A DNA stretch of 64,000 bases from Eledone cirrhosa (taxonomy: Eukaryota), in contig OZ024747.1 in assembly GCA_964016885.1 (NCBI GenBank), forward strand, positions 2,046,001 to 2,110,000. The letters are read 5' to 3'. Made by a program: the position numbers and the translations under genes. Positions 41,466 to 57,848 of this stretch are shown here, piece after piece. The first letter of the stretch is position 1; each line of letters opens with the position of its first letter. Below the pieces are notes generated by a model. That model was not told the origin of the DNA and did not search any database. It worked only from the letters and a program-made list of their open reading frames with translations.

Positions 41466-42789
41466 AGAGCAATATGCTTGAAGCACTTCACATATTTCAA
41501 TGAATTGTGTTGATGTTATTACTATGGAAATGTTTTTGTTCTGTTTCTCTACCTTTTTATTTCAAACAATTTCTTTTTATATTTCAAAGATGAATAAATA
41601 ATTGTATTGATGTACATTTTATTTTTAATAAAGAAAATATCTGAAACAAACTTCCATCTTTTTCTTATATATCGACCTCCAATGTCCTATTTCTTTGTTA
41701 TGCCACTTATTGTGTTTGTTGCTGTTGTATTTGTTGTTGTTTGTTCTGTAATAGCTATTGTTATTTCTACACAACTTTATATTTATCCATTTAACTTTTC
41801 TTTTCAACAACTCCAGTTGTCAATGAATCTTCAGTTGCTCTGTCAAGTATTATCTTCTTTGTTTGCAGTTACTAACTCTTATTTTTTCTGTGGAGTATTG
41901 TTCCATTTGTTTACTTGCTTCCATTTGTTTATTTGATTATTTGTTTATTGTATAATCTCTCTCCCTCTCACTCTCTCTCACACACACACACTCTCTCTCT
42001 CTTACACATTCTCTCTCTCACACACACTCTCTCTCTCTCTCACCCTCTCTCACACTCACACTCTTGCTCATTATCTTTAATCATTCACTCTCATACTCAC
42101 TCAGAAATTGATTTACATAATGTTCATAATCTACACAAATCACACATTCACACAAACCCATAAGTCAACCATTTCAAGCTGCTATAAACAGCAGCCGGAA
42201 CCCAATGAAGTATTATTAGCATGTTAATGATTATTAAGTCAGGGTTCTGCATTTTCATATTTTAACTTATTCAGTATATTAAATAATATTGACTGGATTT
42301 TGGACAATCAACAACTTATGTCTTTGAGTCTACATAGCACCTACTTTATGAAATTCAGTCTGGTGACATGTTAGACTTAGGTAACTATCATTTAATGCCT
42401 CAGAAATGTATATAACAGTCTTATCATAAAACACTTGTTTCTCATTGGTAAAATACACCAATATTTTATTGCCTTTTCAACAATAATATACAAATAGTTT
42501 ATCACGTTAATCTTATGTTTTTCGACCAATGGTCATTTAGGTCATTTCCATCAACCTATCTAATCTCCAATATCATTCTCACTAAATCACGCTTTCGTCA
42601 TTTTCACCTTTCTATCATTAAAAAATGACATGTGACCTATTTTGATTTACACTTCTTCATTTCTACATGTACTCTTACTGCTCTTCTCTCAGACCCTCAT
42701 CCCCATCGCTATCTCTCTTTCTCTCCCTCTCTGCCTCTCTCTCTCTGTATATATATATATATATATATTTTTTTTTGTTGATTGACTTT

Positions 42790-42975
42790 CGTCAAATCAG
42801 ACCGAGGAAACAATGTTTCCGTTGGTCTTTCCAATTGCTAATACTATCTATTAGTAGAAGGAGCAACGTGAAATAAAGTGTCTTGTTCAAGGACATAACG
42901 CATAACCCAGTCCAGGAATTGAACTGACAACCTCACGATTGCGAATCCAATTCTCTAACCAATCAGCCACATGCC
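42790..42975 (-). mobile_element. Diverged family-B-related SINE
   Basis: gtgaaataaagtgtcttgttcaagga...gaattgaactgacaacc head. Confidence 0.6.
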
Positions 42976-43011
42976 TTTTTTTCTCTCTCTCTCTGCCCCA
43001 TCTCTCTCTCA

Positions 43012-43042
<31 letters not shown>

Positions 43043-43487
43043 AACACACATACATATATATAAATAAACACACACACACATATATATATGTGCACACATC
43101 TGTAATTATGTACAAGTATGCTTGTGTATTATTGTGTTATAAATGTGTTTACTTTGACAGTCTATACATTCTATACATATATATACATACACTTGTATGT
43201 TGACATATATGTTAATTGTGTACACACTATAGACTAAACATTGTAAATAATTGACATATTTTTACAGTTTCATTAATAGCTTGTAATTGTAATTTTGGAA
43301 ATATGTATATATATGTATATATATATATATGTACACACTTGTATGTACATATTTCTGTATGTATGCATATGTAGATGTGTATGTATATATATATATGTGT
43401 ATGTGTATATATATATATATATATATCTCATCATCATCATCATCATCATTTTACGTCCGCTCTTCCCGGCTCGCAAGGGTGGTGTAT

Positions 43488-43534
<47 letters not shown>

Positions 43535-44299
43535 CATGCACTTGTATGTATGTATTTCTGTATGCATGTACATACATCGATATAAAACATCATGCATGCT
43601 GGGTTTTAAAGAAATATATCTGGACCCTTAAAATTGCAAACTCATCTTATAGAAAGGAGATCAAAGGTAATTTGTTATCAGCATTCTGGTCTGATTTCCA
43701 TGTTTGTGACATTAGCAACATGTCATAAACACCATATATAACATTGAAAAATGCACACAACAACAACAACATCAACAACAATGAAAACTAATCTTAACAA
43801 CAAAAATATTGTTTATAAAATATTATGTGAAAAATCAACTATGACACATTGAAAATTTCTCCTTTGAGATATTCATGAATAGAATATTGACAATATTAGG
43901 TAATTCAAAAAGTATTGATTATGTTTATTTTTTGTTTGTATTTTTTTTGTTGGATTTTTAAATAGATAGAATATTATAAGACATTAATTTTCATGAAACT
44001 CTTTTAAAAGGAAACATCAATGTATGACTCTTTTAGCAGTATTTACTAAATTAAAATTCATGCAAGGCAATACCTTAATTGAATTTGATCAGCTCTCGTC
44101 GTGCAATATATTTCTTGATCAACGGAAGGTTTCCACATAACAAAATAACATCAGCAGTAAAGATAAAGCAAATTCTTAACTTCAATATTCTAAATAAATT
44201 TCAAATATTTATAGAAGTAATTACAAGACATTTTCAATGTAACCTTTTCTTGGCTGGTAAAAGAAAGAGTTGTTTGTATTATTGATTGTTGTTGATGCT

Positions 44300-44824
44300 G
44301 ATGAATTGGCAGGATCGGTAGAGCATCCAACAATATACTTTGTGGCATATAGTTACGGCCCTTTACGTTCTGAGTTCAAATCCTGCCAATCTTAGCTTTG
44401 CCTTTCATCCTTACGGGGTCGATAAATAAAGTACCAGTCATATGCTGGATCAATTTAATTGAATTTCCCCTCCACCAAAATTGCTGGCATTGTGCCTAAA
44501 TCAGAAACCCTTATTAGTTGTTATTGTTATTGTTGTTGTTGTTGTTGTCAAGTTCTTACTCTTGGCTCTTGTTTTGTTTTTATTATTTTTAGTGGGCGGT
44601 GGATTGGCAGTATCGGTAGAGGGTCGAACACCATGTTAGGGTGGTGGATTGGCAGTATCGGTAGAGGGTCTGACACCATGCTGTCTAGCATAGAGTTACG
44701 GCCCTTTCCATTCTGAGTTCAAACCCCGCTGAGGTCAACTTTGCCTTTCATCCTTAGGGGCCGATAAAATAAAGTACCAGTAATGTACTGGTTAATTGCT
44801 GACCTTGTGCCAAAAGTAGAAACA
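44300..44824 (+). mobile_element. Two SINE family A copies (44300-44515; 44594-44824 with duplicated head)
   Basis: A/B boxes, core and tail as in the 16175 copy. Confidence 0.85.
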
Positions 44825-45400
44825 ATTATTTTTCTCTGCTGTCTAAAATTTACCCCATATAATATTGTTTGAAAACTTATCATCATACGAAGGAAAGATA
44901 GTTTCTATCACCCTACCCACTGATTCATTTCAAAATTTAACAACAGATTAAACAAAGAAATGCTCAAACTTAAAATATTTATGTCTACCTTTTTTTGTCT
45001 TCACTTATTTTCTCACTTTCGTTGTGTCTTTCTCCCACTCTTTTTCCCTTTCAAATCATTTAATTACCTGCTCTTCTCATGTTACCCTCTTTAATGTGAG
45101 GGAATATATGATAGTTCAGTCCTTCAGAAGCACAGTAAATGACTCCCTTGAACTACATTGTTATCGTACATCCATAAATATTATAATGATGATAATTTTT
45201 TATTGTTAAATTTTTACTTAATTATTTTATTGTTCTCTGGGCATGTATTCTGTTAGTTCATTTATTTATTAGAGTTTTTCTATGTTTGACAACAATTTAC
45301 ATATTGTATTTTTTAAATATGCGCAAAAGAAAAGAGAAAGGCATATCTATATGCGTGGAAGATGGATGTTAAATGATGATGATGTTGATGATGATGATGA

Positions 45401-46939
<1,539 letters not shown>

Positions 46940-46944
<5 letters not shown>

Positions 46945-47140
46945 TAATATAGAGATGGATTCTACAGGACTAGAACTGTTTCATTCAAAAGAAATCATCA
47001 AGGCTTTCCTGATGATTTCTTTTGAATGAATCAGTTCTCGTCTTGTAGAAGCCATTTCTCTATTAAACATGATGTTTACACTCTACTAATGTATTGAGTA
47101 CCTTACTTACTGTGGTTACCCACGATTGAACCTGGGACTC
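46940..47140. mobile_element. Penelope-like terminus with inverted duplication and hammerhead remnants
   Basis: 61-bp inverted arms (46940-47000 / 47010-47070, 6 mismatches). The consensus of the arms is a full hammerhead. Flanked by (TA)n. Confidence 0.6.
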
Positions 47141-47183
47141 ATATATATATATATATATTCATACATATATACATATATATGCA

Positions 47184-47271
<88 letters not shown>

Positions 47272-48371
47272 TGGTGGTTCGCTGGTTAAAGCACTCAATA
47301 CTGTTAGGAGTGTCTGTCTTGTGTGGAATTAAGTCTGTTGTAATTTTCAGTTTGTAAAGACAAGTAAGTAGGAGTGCAGCCAAGGTTGCACCATAAACAC
47401 ACTTTATAAACAGATGACAATTGTTTTAATATAGATCAGCTCAGGGTACGATCATAATGACTGGGGCCCAACTCTGCATTGATATGAACTCACATATCTG
47501 ATGAGATGTCTCCTGTGACTGCATGAGATCCAGGCCAAGAACACCTACAAGGAAATAACTGGAGAAGTATGTAGCAACCAATTAGGAACACTACATAAGG
47601 TGTTTCTTTATCACCATTAAAGACCATAAGTGAAACTTTGTCTCTAATTTTAAGTGTAAATTGATATACTCTGTCAAATCTGAAATTAGCCTAGTTATCA
47701 AAACCATAGCAACTCATCTGAGGAAGGAACCATGTGACATGGTGTGGCTGTTGCAACAAGTATCACTCTGGCCATTGTCTGCTATTTCTAGCAGGTCAAG
47801 ATGCAGAAACACATAGAATTTTGTTCATTAGATCATTTGCTATTAATAATAATCAGCGAGAAGAGGAATAGGATATTTATGATTTGGCTGTTATTTCTAG
47901 CAGGTCAAGATATAGACACACAGAGAATCTCATTAGAAGATGATTTGCTATTCCTGTTGATTAAAGGAGGTATAGGTACAAGAAAGAGGAAATGTTGCTA
48001 TGATGTGATTTTGCAACATTCATCAATACGTGAATATGTATTTTATAGGAGGAAATACTCCATTAGCTTAATCTAAGGATTTTTCAGCAATTTGACATAA
48101 AGTAGCAATGTGTTGTCAGTACCTATAATTCAGGTAGACTTAATTGGGTCATTTAGAAGTGATCTAGGTATAGCACTTTATATAAGTAGTTACTGGCAGT
48201 TTTAAGGTACAATTATCAGAAATATATTCTGCAAAGGATGTTAACTGGTTCAGATAATTGTATTGTCTACCTGTATAGAGTATATGATGGTGATGGTGGT
48301 AGTTGTGGTGGTGATGGTGATGGTGATGGTGATGATAGTGGTTGTGGTAGTGGTGGTGATGGTGGTTGTGA

Positions 48372-48402
<31 letters not shown>

Positions 48403-48756
48403 TGTGGTGCTGGTGGCGGTAATGGTGATGATGGTGATGATAATGGTGATGAAAATGATGATGATGGTGGTGGTGGTGGTGATGTTGTTATGGTGTTGGT
48501 GACAAGGTAATGCTGGTCATGGTGGTGGTTGTGGTGGTGGTGGTGGTGGTGGTAATGCTGGTCATGGTGGTGCTGATGATGGTGCTGGTGGTGGTGGCAG
48601 TGGTGACAGTATTACTAAGTTGTTTGAAATATGTGTGAAAAAGAAAGAAGAGAAGTTTAAGATGTTTCACATGTCCTCCATGTTGTTGAAATATCAAATA
48701 CAGAAGAAGGAATAAACATCTAACAACAAAGAGGAAGTATTTTATGTAGTCTCCTT

Positions 48757-49010
48757 CTGGCCTAGTGGTAAGGGTGTTGGACTTAATGTCATGGGTTCCT
48801 GGCCTGGTTTGTCTGTTGTGTTCTTGAGCAAAACATTTCATTTCATGTTGCTCCAGTTTACTCAGCTGAAAAAAAAATGAGTACCAGCAATAGCTGGGGG
48901 GTTTAACCCTATGATGGACTGGTGTCTTATCCAGTGGGGAGTCTTGTACTCTCAGTCACTTCACGACATGGAAACTGGGGTAAGCACTGGCCTGATGAGC
49001 TCTGAGCTCA
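48757..49010 (+). mobile_element. tRNA-derived SINE, family C (related copy 5413-5620)
   Basis: tggcctagtggtaagg head. gtgttcttgagcaaaacatttcatttcatgttgctccag...gagtaccagc is shared with 5413-5620. Confidence 0.75.
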
Positions 49011-49790
49011 AGACAAACTTTAGACTTTTTTTAGACCTCACACCCATACACAGATAATGCCATTTTTGTGAGATTCTCACTAACATCGGTTAAACAAGTT
49101 CTCAAGCCCTCACCACACCACATGTTTCATTGTCATGAGGGTCTCACAAACATGGGTTAAACAAGTTCTCTCCAACACAATTTCATGTTATAATGGTATC
49201 AATTATAATTCATCTAAGACATTTTGATATTTATTGTATTTGGTATTAATGTTATTCAATTCTCAGACCACTACACCCATCGGGACAATATTCAACTCTT
49301 TTTCAACTATTTTCAACTCTTTTCAACTCTTTTTTCCCCCCTTCGTTAAGAAGCTGGTCTACACCTAGTAAACTTTTTCAAAACATTCTAAAACTTACTT
49401 CCAAGACCTAGCTGAAATTAGGCAGTATAGAATTTACCCTGCTTTCCTGGAATTCTAGAAAATACTCCCAGTATATTTAAACCCAAAGCTTGTAAACCAT
49501 CTATTGTAAGTCTTATGTACATCAGGTATGATGAAGTCTTCAGATTAAAAAAATATCTGTTTGATTCAGTTTTCTGACATTTCAAATGTATCTGATTTAG
49601 TAACCTGAAGGATTGAACACATTTATTCAATTTCTTCTAGAAATGAGGAATCCTACAAAATGTTTTATCCTTTACCTGCCAAAATCTATGTAACTGTAGG
49701 AAGGCTGATTAAATAGGCCTGTGTCAGAAATACGGTTAATTTGCTTTAGAATAAAGATATATATATAGATAGCTAGATAGATAGATAGAT

Positions 49791-50326
49791 ATGTTTCTTT
49801 TATTTGCCACTAGGGCATCAAAAGTGGGACAAGTACAAAGGGGGGAGTTTACACAAAAAGGCGTCCTCAATAAGGAGGAGGCAATAACAAAATATAAAAA
49901 TAAAATAAGATATAACAAAAAATAAAATTTATAACAAAATCCTCAATAGAGAGGAGGCGCCTTGGGGGGTCGCACACACCCCCGAAAAAAGTGTGCAACC
50001 CTTCTCCTCAGGAGCACAGAGAAGGGGTGCTCCCTTGGTCTTTCATCTTCCTCACCTATAGTCTGATGTAGAGTGAAGGCCCATTCACACGGGCCATTCT
50101 CGCCACTTTCACCCATCTTTCATAGAAACGGCTGGGGTGCAGCACCTCTCTCTCCATCCTGATCCTTCTTCCGAAATGATATCGGAAGAAACGGACCAGT
50201 TGTTGGCCAGAGAGAAAGGTGCCTGACCTCAGTCCTTTCAGACGCGTCCACCATACAACCTCTTTCGCCATGGCTATTACGCACAGAAACACCGCCTCTG
50301 CTTCATCTTTGAAGGGGGGAGGCGGC
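49791..50326 (-). mobile_element. 5'-truncated Tx1/L1-like LINE 3' end in (GATA)n
   Basis: ORF2 C-terminus PPPPFKDEAEAVFLCVIAMAKEVVWWTR...FYERW...NGPSLYIRL* (AK..VW..R and F.ERW motifs), then 3'UTR and AATAAA. (GATA)n on both flanks. Confidence 0.75.
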
Positions 50327-50368
<42 letters not shown>

Positions 50369-50478
50369 TGCAGATAGTTATATAGATAGATAGATAGACA
50401 CTAGCTAGATATGTAGATAGATTGATAAATAAATAAATAGATAGATTGATAGATATATCTAGATGTGTAGATAGATGC

Positions 50479-50512
<34 letters not shown>

Positions 50513-51435
50513 TGAGAGAGAGAGACCTGAAGGACTATGAAATCTGCAGAGGGTAAAGTCAAATAACATACACTTCCTCTCTTGACATTATTAAAACAAT
50601 TATCTTCATTTTAAGCACATCCATATAAAAATATATAGAAATATAAATAAAGAGAAATAGAGAGAAAAAAATGTTATTTCATGCATTGCAGGAACCTGGA
50701 AAAAGTTAATACATTCCATGCAGGAACCTCTTTATGTATTTCGATTATTATAGAACAAAAATGTTAAACGCCATTTCCATTAAAAAGAAAGAAGACTCCA
50801 CAATACTCTGGATTAAAATAATGGACCAAAACCTGTTCATTCTGATTATTTTTTGTTCAACATCTACAATGAGTGACTACGTTGACATTAACTTTCACCC
50901 ATTGAAGACTGAAGCCAACCATTATTCATGCTGGCACTTAAATGCTGTACAATTATGGTAACCAGCATGGTACCTTGATGTAAAAGATTTCTTCATTGAT
51001 GGCTTTCAAACATTGCAGTTGAAAAGAAGATAAGAGTCATTGAAACGAAGGAAAGAGTTTATTATTTTATTCTAATGTTATATCTTAGATGTTACTTCAA
51101 TCTCCTTCTTTTGGTCTTCTTCAAATCCAAGAACTACGTGTGTATTTGAAAGCTGAATGCCATTTCTGAAGCATTCACCTACTTTATAATTATAATAATA
51201 CACCATACACAGAAGAAATGGACACATAAGAAGAAGAAAAAAAGCCAGCAATAACAACAAGGAAAAGAAAACCCCCAAAATATAGTTTTTCTCAGTGAAG
51301 TTGCAAGCAGTAGTGAGTCGATTGCTGCATCACAAATGATGTGAAGCTTGCACTAAGATGTGTGACCCGCATTCACACATATCTTCTTTCATTCTACTTT
51401 CTTTTTTATGTTATCTTTCTGTCTCTATAACAATG

Positions 51436-51597
<162 letters not shown>

Positions 51598-51970
51598 CAT
51601 ATATACATATATACATATATACATATATATATATATGTATATATGCGTTGTATGTATATATATATATATATATATACATATATACATATATACATATATA
51701 TATATATGTGTATATATATATATGTATATATATAAATATACATATATATATATATACACACAGTAGACAATATAAGACAGCTTATTAATATGCTTCACTC
51801 TATAGTTCTTTCTTCTCCTGAAATAACACCCCCCCCCCCCCCCCCCCCCGACCATATCCTCACTAATTATGTGATAACACAATATTCTCTTAATCGTTTC
51901 TTTTCTCAGATATTTCCTATCACTTTTCTTTCTCACTTTCGCTCCTTCTCTCTCTCTCTCTCTCTCTCTC

Positions 51971-52014
<44 letters not shown>

Positions 52015-52092
52015 CTCTCTCTCTCTTTCCCAATCTACCTCTTTCAGTTTGCATCTTGTCTATTGTTGCTTGTTAAGATTGCAATAAATATG

Positions 52093-52126
<34 letters not shown>

Positions 52127-53749
52127 ACACAGACACACAGACACACTCAGACACACAAACACACACTCACACACAGACACACAGACACACACAGACACAC
52201 AGACACACACAGACACACACACTCACACAGACACACAGACACACAAACACACACTCACACATGTACATACAGACACACACACCCACTCACACACACATAG
52301 ACACACACACAAAGACACACACACAGACACAAACACATACACATACACTCTCACACAGACACACACACACAGACACACTCACACAGACGTACACACACAC
52401 ACACACTCACACACACACATACATACACATACACACACACAGACCCCCCGCACACACATTCAAAAGAAAACCCAACTAAATCTTTCTTCTAGATGATGTA
52501 GAATAGTTTAAAGGGTTTATCATTCCCTTTGTTCTTCATTTATATTTCTTCTCATTTATTTGTCTCTTTCTATTATTTATTTACTTATTTATTTATATAT
52601 TTATTTACTTATTTCTACTTATTTACTTTTTATTTATTTATTTACTTATTTATATTTATTTATTTATTTATTTATGTGTCCGTGTTTAGTTGCACTAAAT
52701 GTAATAATGTATATACACTCTTTTCCTGAGAGTGATGATAATCGCAATAGCTCTTCTTCTTCTTCTTCTTCTTCTTCTTCTTCTAAGCCATATTATCATG
52801 ATTCCTTCAATATATCAATAGCACAAACTGACGAATCAGCCAATTACTTCAGTACAGTTATAGAATTATCCTCTACTTTCCTAACCATTTCCTAACCATT
52901 TATCTTTTACTGAGGAAAGCTAACCGACATTTTAGCTACAATACTAAGAAATCTTTCGTTTATTCTTTTCCTGTTTTATGATTGTGGAACTCAATAAGCC
53001 AGCTAACAATTTATTGCTGTTTCTACAAAACACGCTGTCCTCCACAAATGGTGATTGCTGGCTGTAGTTTCGAAAACAACAACAAAAAATATAGGAACTT
53101 CATTCTGTCTTTCTTACGGGCATCGTTATAATGTTGGTTGGAATAACTGTGTCTATTGATGAGAAAATATTAAATCTTTCTTTGGGTAAAAGAATAAAAT
53201 AATAATACAACATTATTTCTGAAATCCTATACCATAAACCACACTAATATGATAATACACACACACATGCACATATGCACAGACACACACACACAGAGAC
53301 ACACATACTCTCTCTCTCATGCACACACACACACTCATACACATGCACCCGCACACAACACATACAGAGACACACACATTGACACACACAGACACACTCA
53401 TACACATACACCCACACACATATACACATACATATACATTAATAAACACACATACTGATATTAATGTATACATACATGATTACATATACATTAACACATA
53501 CACATTCATATATCAATACAAATATTAATACATATGTATTAATAGACATACATATGGACATTAATATATACATACATGAATATATATACACTAACATTAC
53601 ACACTCACAATGTCCATACATATATATACACACACATTAATATATATGTGAATAAATACATATGCATTAGTGCACTTGCATATAGTTATTGTTGCATATA
53701 GTTATTGCTTATATATATAGTTAGTAATACATACATTCATTCACACATA

Positions 53750-54632
53750 TATACATAGATATATGTATATAGATATATACATACATAGATATATACATAC
53801 ATACATAGATACATACATACATAGATACATACATACATAGATATATACATACATACATAGATACATACATACATAGATACATACATACATAGATATATAC
53901 CTACATACATAGATACATACATACATAGATATATACATACATACATAGATACATACCTACATACATAGATACATACATACATAGATATATACATACATAC
54001 ATAGATACATACATACATAGATACATACATACATAGATATATACATACATACATAGATACATACATACATAGATATATACATACATACATAGATATATAC
54101 ATACATACATAGATACATACATACATAGATATATACATACATACATAGATACATACATACATAGATACATACATACATAGATATATACATACATACATAG
54201 ATACATACATACATAGATATATACATACATACATAGATACATACATACATAGATATATACATACATACATAGATACATACATACATAGATATATACATAC
54301 ATACATAGATATATGCATACATAAATATATACATACATACATAAATAAATATATACATACATACATAGATACATACATACATAGATATATACATACATAC
54401 ATAGATACATACATACATAGATATATACATACATACATAGATATATACATACATAAATATATACATACATACATAAATAAATATATACATACATACATAA
54501 ATATATGATGATGGCTGCCCCCTCGTTATCGAGTATGGCCATTGCACGAGAAAAAACAAACCCATAATAATAATAATAATAATAATAAATACAACAATAA
54601 TAATAACGACAACAACAACAATAATAATATAC

Positions 54633-54663
<31 letters not shown>

Positions 54664-54727
54664 ATAGCAATTAACAGTGCTGCAATCGAATGTGGCTTTT
54701 TAGTCCAGCCAATGATCTAAAATGTCT

Positions 54728-54786
<59 letters not shown>

Positions 54787-55154
54787 GCATACATAGATAT
54801 ATACATACTTACATAGATATATACATACTTACATACATAGATATATATACATAGATATATACATACTTACATAGATATATATACATACTTACATACATAG
54901 ATATATATACATACATACTTACATACTTACATACATAAATACATACTTACATACTTAAATAAATACATACATACATAGATAGATATTTACATACATAAAT
55001 ACAAACATAAATACATACATACTTAAATACATACATGCACACACAAAAATATATACACACTCAAAAACATACTTGCAGAAATATATATTCACACAGAAAC
55101 ACACATTCATACATATACCAAATCAATTACATACATACACTTATATACAAAACA

Positions 55155-55210
<56 letters not shown>
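53750..55210. repeat. (ACAT)n-based compound microsatellite region
   Basis: acatagatacatacat higher-order units, plus (TA)n. Confidence 0.93.
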
Positions 55211-55212
<2 letters not shown>

Positions 55213-55498
55213 TTTTGATATGAATATGTAAATATATTCTGCTATGTATTGTTAGACACATCAACATACATTTATCATTGTAATAGCTTTTCCCATTGAT
55301 ACTGACGATATTATCTTTGATTTTTATCCCCTCAACTATTGTCCTGGCAAATAATGAAACAATTTGTTATTGCAAAGCCATTAGAGCAAAGAACAACATT
55401 TTTATTCTCCATGAATTGGTGCCTACCCCTCCCCGCTTCACCTTAATTAAACAAAGATGAGATATAAACAATTAATAAGCAAAGGCCATGATTGAACC

Positions 55499-55635
55499 AG
55501 CCTAGCGGAGCCCTTTGATGAGAGTCAAGCCCATACCTGATTGGAGAAGCCTAGCGGAGCCCTTTGATGAGAGTCAAGCCCATACCTGATTGGAGAAGCC
55601 TAGCGGAGCCCTTTGATGAGAGTCAAGCCCATACA
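55499..55635. repeat. 49-bp tandem repeat, ~2.8 units
   Basis: gcctagcggagccctttgatgagagtcaagcccatacctgattggagaa. Confidence 0.9.
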
Positions 55636-57659
55636 GACTTTTGAATAAAATAGTTCTTGTATTGACGGCGTTGTATTTGTTTTGTAAAGCTGTTTATATG
55701 AAACCATGTGTTGAAACATATATTGTTATATTTGGGGAGGGTCCTGTTTTCCTAATATTGCCATAAAATAGAAATAATGTGTGATGAAAGGACTTTAATA
55801 AATTATATATATATTTTAACTGTTGGTCAATCAATGATAAACATAGATTGCCAGCTGAATTATTTATAAAAATATACCAAAGCAAAAACCAAACCAAACA
55901 GTGAGTGTGTTTTACTATTTTTTGGTAATATTACGACAACATGACCCTCCCTAAATATAGCAGTCTAGAGGAGAGTGATATGAACTTGTAACAAAAATAT
56001 TAAATACAATATTTATATTTGCCTGCAACTTTACTCTCCTCTCATCAAAGAAATGTTTTCTTTTAATAATAAATAATTTTCTGCACTTGCTCTCCTGGAA
56101 TAGAAGGTTATGTTGTATCTGAGAGTCAATAAAAAAAATGTATATATATATTTTTTTATATACATATATATAAGTATATATACATTCATATGTATGTATA
56201 TATACATATGATAATAATGGAGCTGCGGCGTTGCAAATGGGTTACAGATGAAAAAGTACATATATATACACATATATCCATAAATATACATATATATATA
56301 TAAAGTAAGTACACATATATATATATATGTGTATGTGTGTATATACACATATAAATATATCTAACAGGCTTTGGCACTGTTTTTATATACCAAATTCCTT
56401 GACTTACATGGTATTTATTGAGCAATACAATATTAAAATAGAAGTCACTTGCTCATAGTGTGATAAAGTGGTTTTGAAGGGAACTTCTTAACCACACAGA
56501 CTTGCCTAAACTTACGATTATATAAAGGAACAGCTATATTTTTAACCATGATATTTTCAGCAGTTGACATTGCCAAAGCTCCAGTGACTTTCATAAACTC
56601 AATTTGTTTTTTAGTCACCTCATGCACAAGCATTCAGATAATCTCCTTAGCTGAAAATAATGTTGGCTGCATGTGTTCCATTCATAATTCTTCTACAATG
56701 ACACACTTTTAGTTCTGTGTTCTTGAGTACAAGAGTTTCCAGATCAGATTCTTTCTAAAGAAATCTTGATTTAACATGACATGCATCTCTGAATTTTGAA
56801 TCAGCACATCTTTTCTCATCTTGTCAAGAGACATTTGAAATGTTACTGTGCATTTCATCTCACTAGTCAAAGCTGTCATTTAGCAATCTGCTTAGCTCCT
56901 AAATATAATAATACCTTACTACTTATTTCTTTCACATTTTACCAGAATCATCTTTTTCTCTTTATCTCTTAATCCAGCTTTAATATTTATTACACCACCT
57001 TGTTGATTGCTACCAACTTAAAATGTAGAAATGTCTAGTTTTATCTTTTTTTAAAACTTTATTTCTGATTATTGAACTACTTTTTTATTGCTTATAATGC
57101 ACTTTACAAGAAATAAGAATATTAAACACATTTTAGAGCAAGAAAAATATTTTGCTGCATTTTGTGCATGAAGTTTAGAAATGCAGGCATTTATATATAT
57201 ATTTTTTAAAAGTGTACAACTTTATATATAAAATATATAAAATATATAAAATATATGTGAAGTGCAAAGTTCATAAAATTTGATAGTGTTATTCTTTAGT
57301 TTGTTGTTTGTTTTCATCCATAATATCATCATCATCATCACCGTTTTACGTCCGTTCTTCCACGCTAGCATGGGTTAGATGGAAAAAATTACATTTATCT
57401 CTTGACCATGATCGAACCCATTGCGAGGATCTTTACCATCTCTTGTACCTACCGCTAGGCCACAGAGACAACTTCTCAATATATGTAAGCTTAATGTGCA
57501 TGTATGTAACATGTTGTGTGGTAAATAAATATATACATATACACCAGGTCCAAACACAAAGGAACCAAACACCCACTGTCACTGCCTCCGTCTCTCCCAC
57601 TCTCCCCATCTCTCACTATTATGAACAAATGGGAGCCCATATGTTGGCCGCCCCACAGC

Positions 57660-57848
57660 CCCTGCGAACATAATAGAGATGGTGTTTCCCCAGAAGATGG
57701 TGAGGGAAACGCACTGGAAGAGCCATTCCAGCTTGCGAAGCTCACACTAGTGGGTAGCCAACTCTGTGCTGATGGTGGTGAGTAGGGAGGTGGCCTTAGG
57801 ACCAAGGACACCAGAAGTCTCCATTGCTATGGGATCGCCCGCAAACCT
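57660..57848 (-). mobile_element. CRE-clade non-LTR retrotransposon, restriction-like endonuclease C-terminal fragment
   Basis: Minus frame RFAGDPIAMETSGVLGPKATSLLTTISTELATH*CELRKLEWLFQCVSLTIFWGNTISI matches the CRE-type pattern P.A.ET.G..G..A......LFQ..S.....GN..SI. One in-frame stop. Confidence 0.7.

Noticed and set aside
48970-49010. CTGATGAGCTC hairpin as a hammerhead
   Set aside because: No downstream GAAA or stem III. It is the 3' part of a SINE.
55499-55635. C/D-box snoRNA-like arrangement (TGATGA...CTGA twice)
   Set aside because: The boxes result from a 49-bp tandem duplication. No terminal stem or recognisable rRNA guide.
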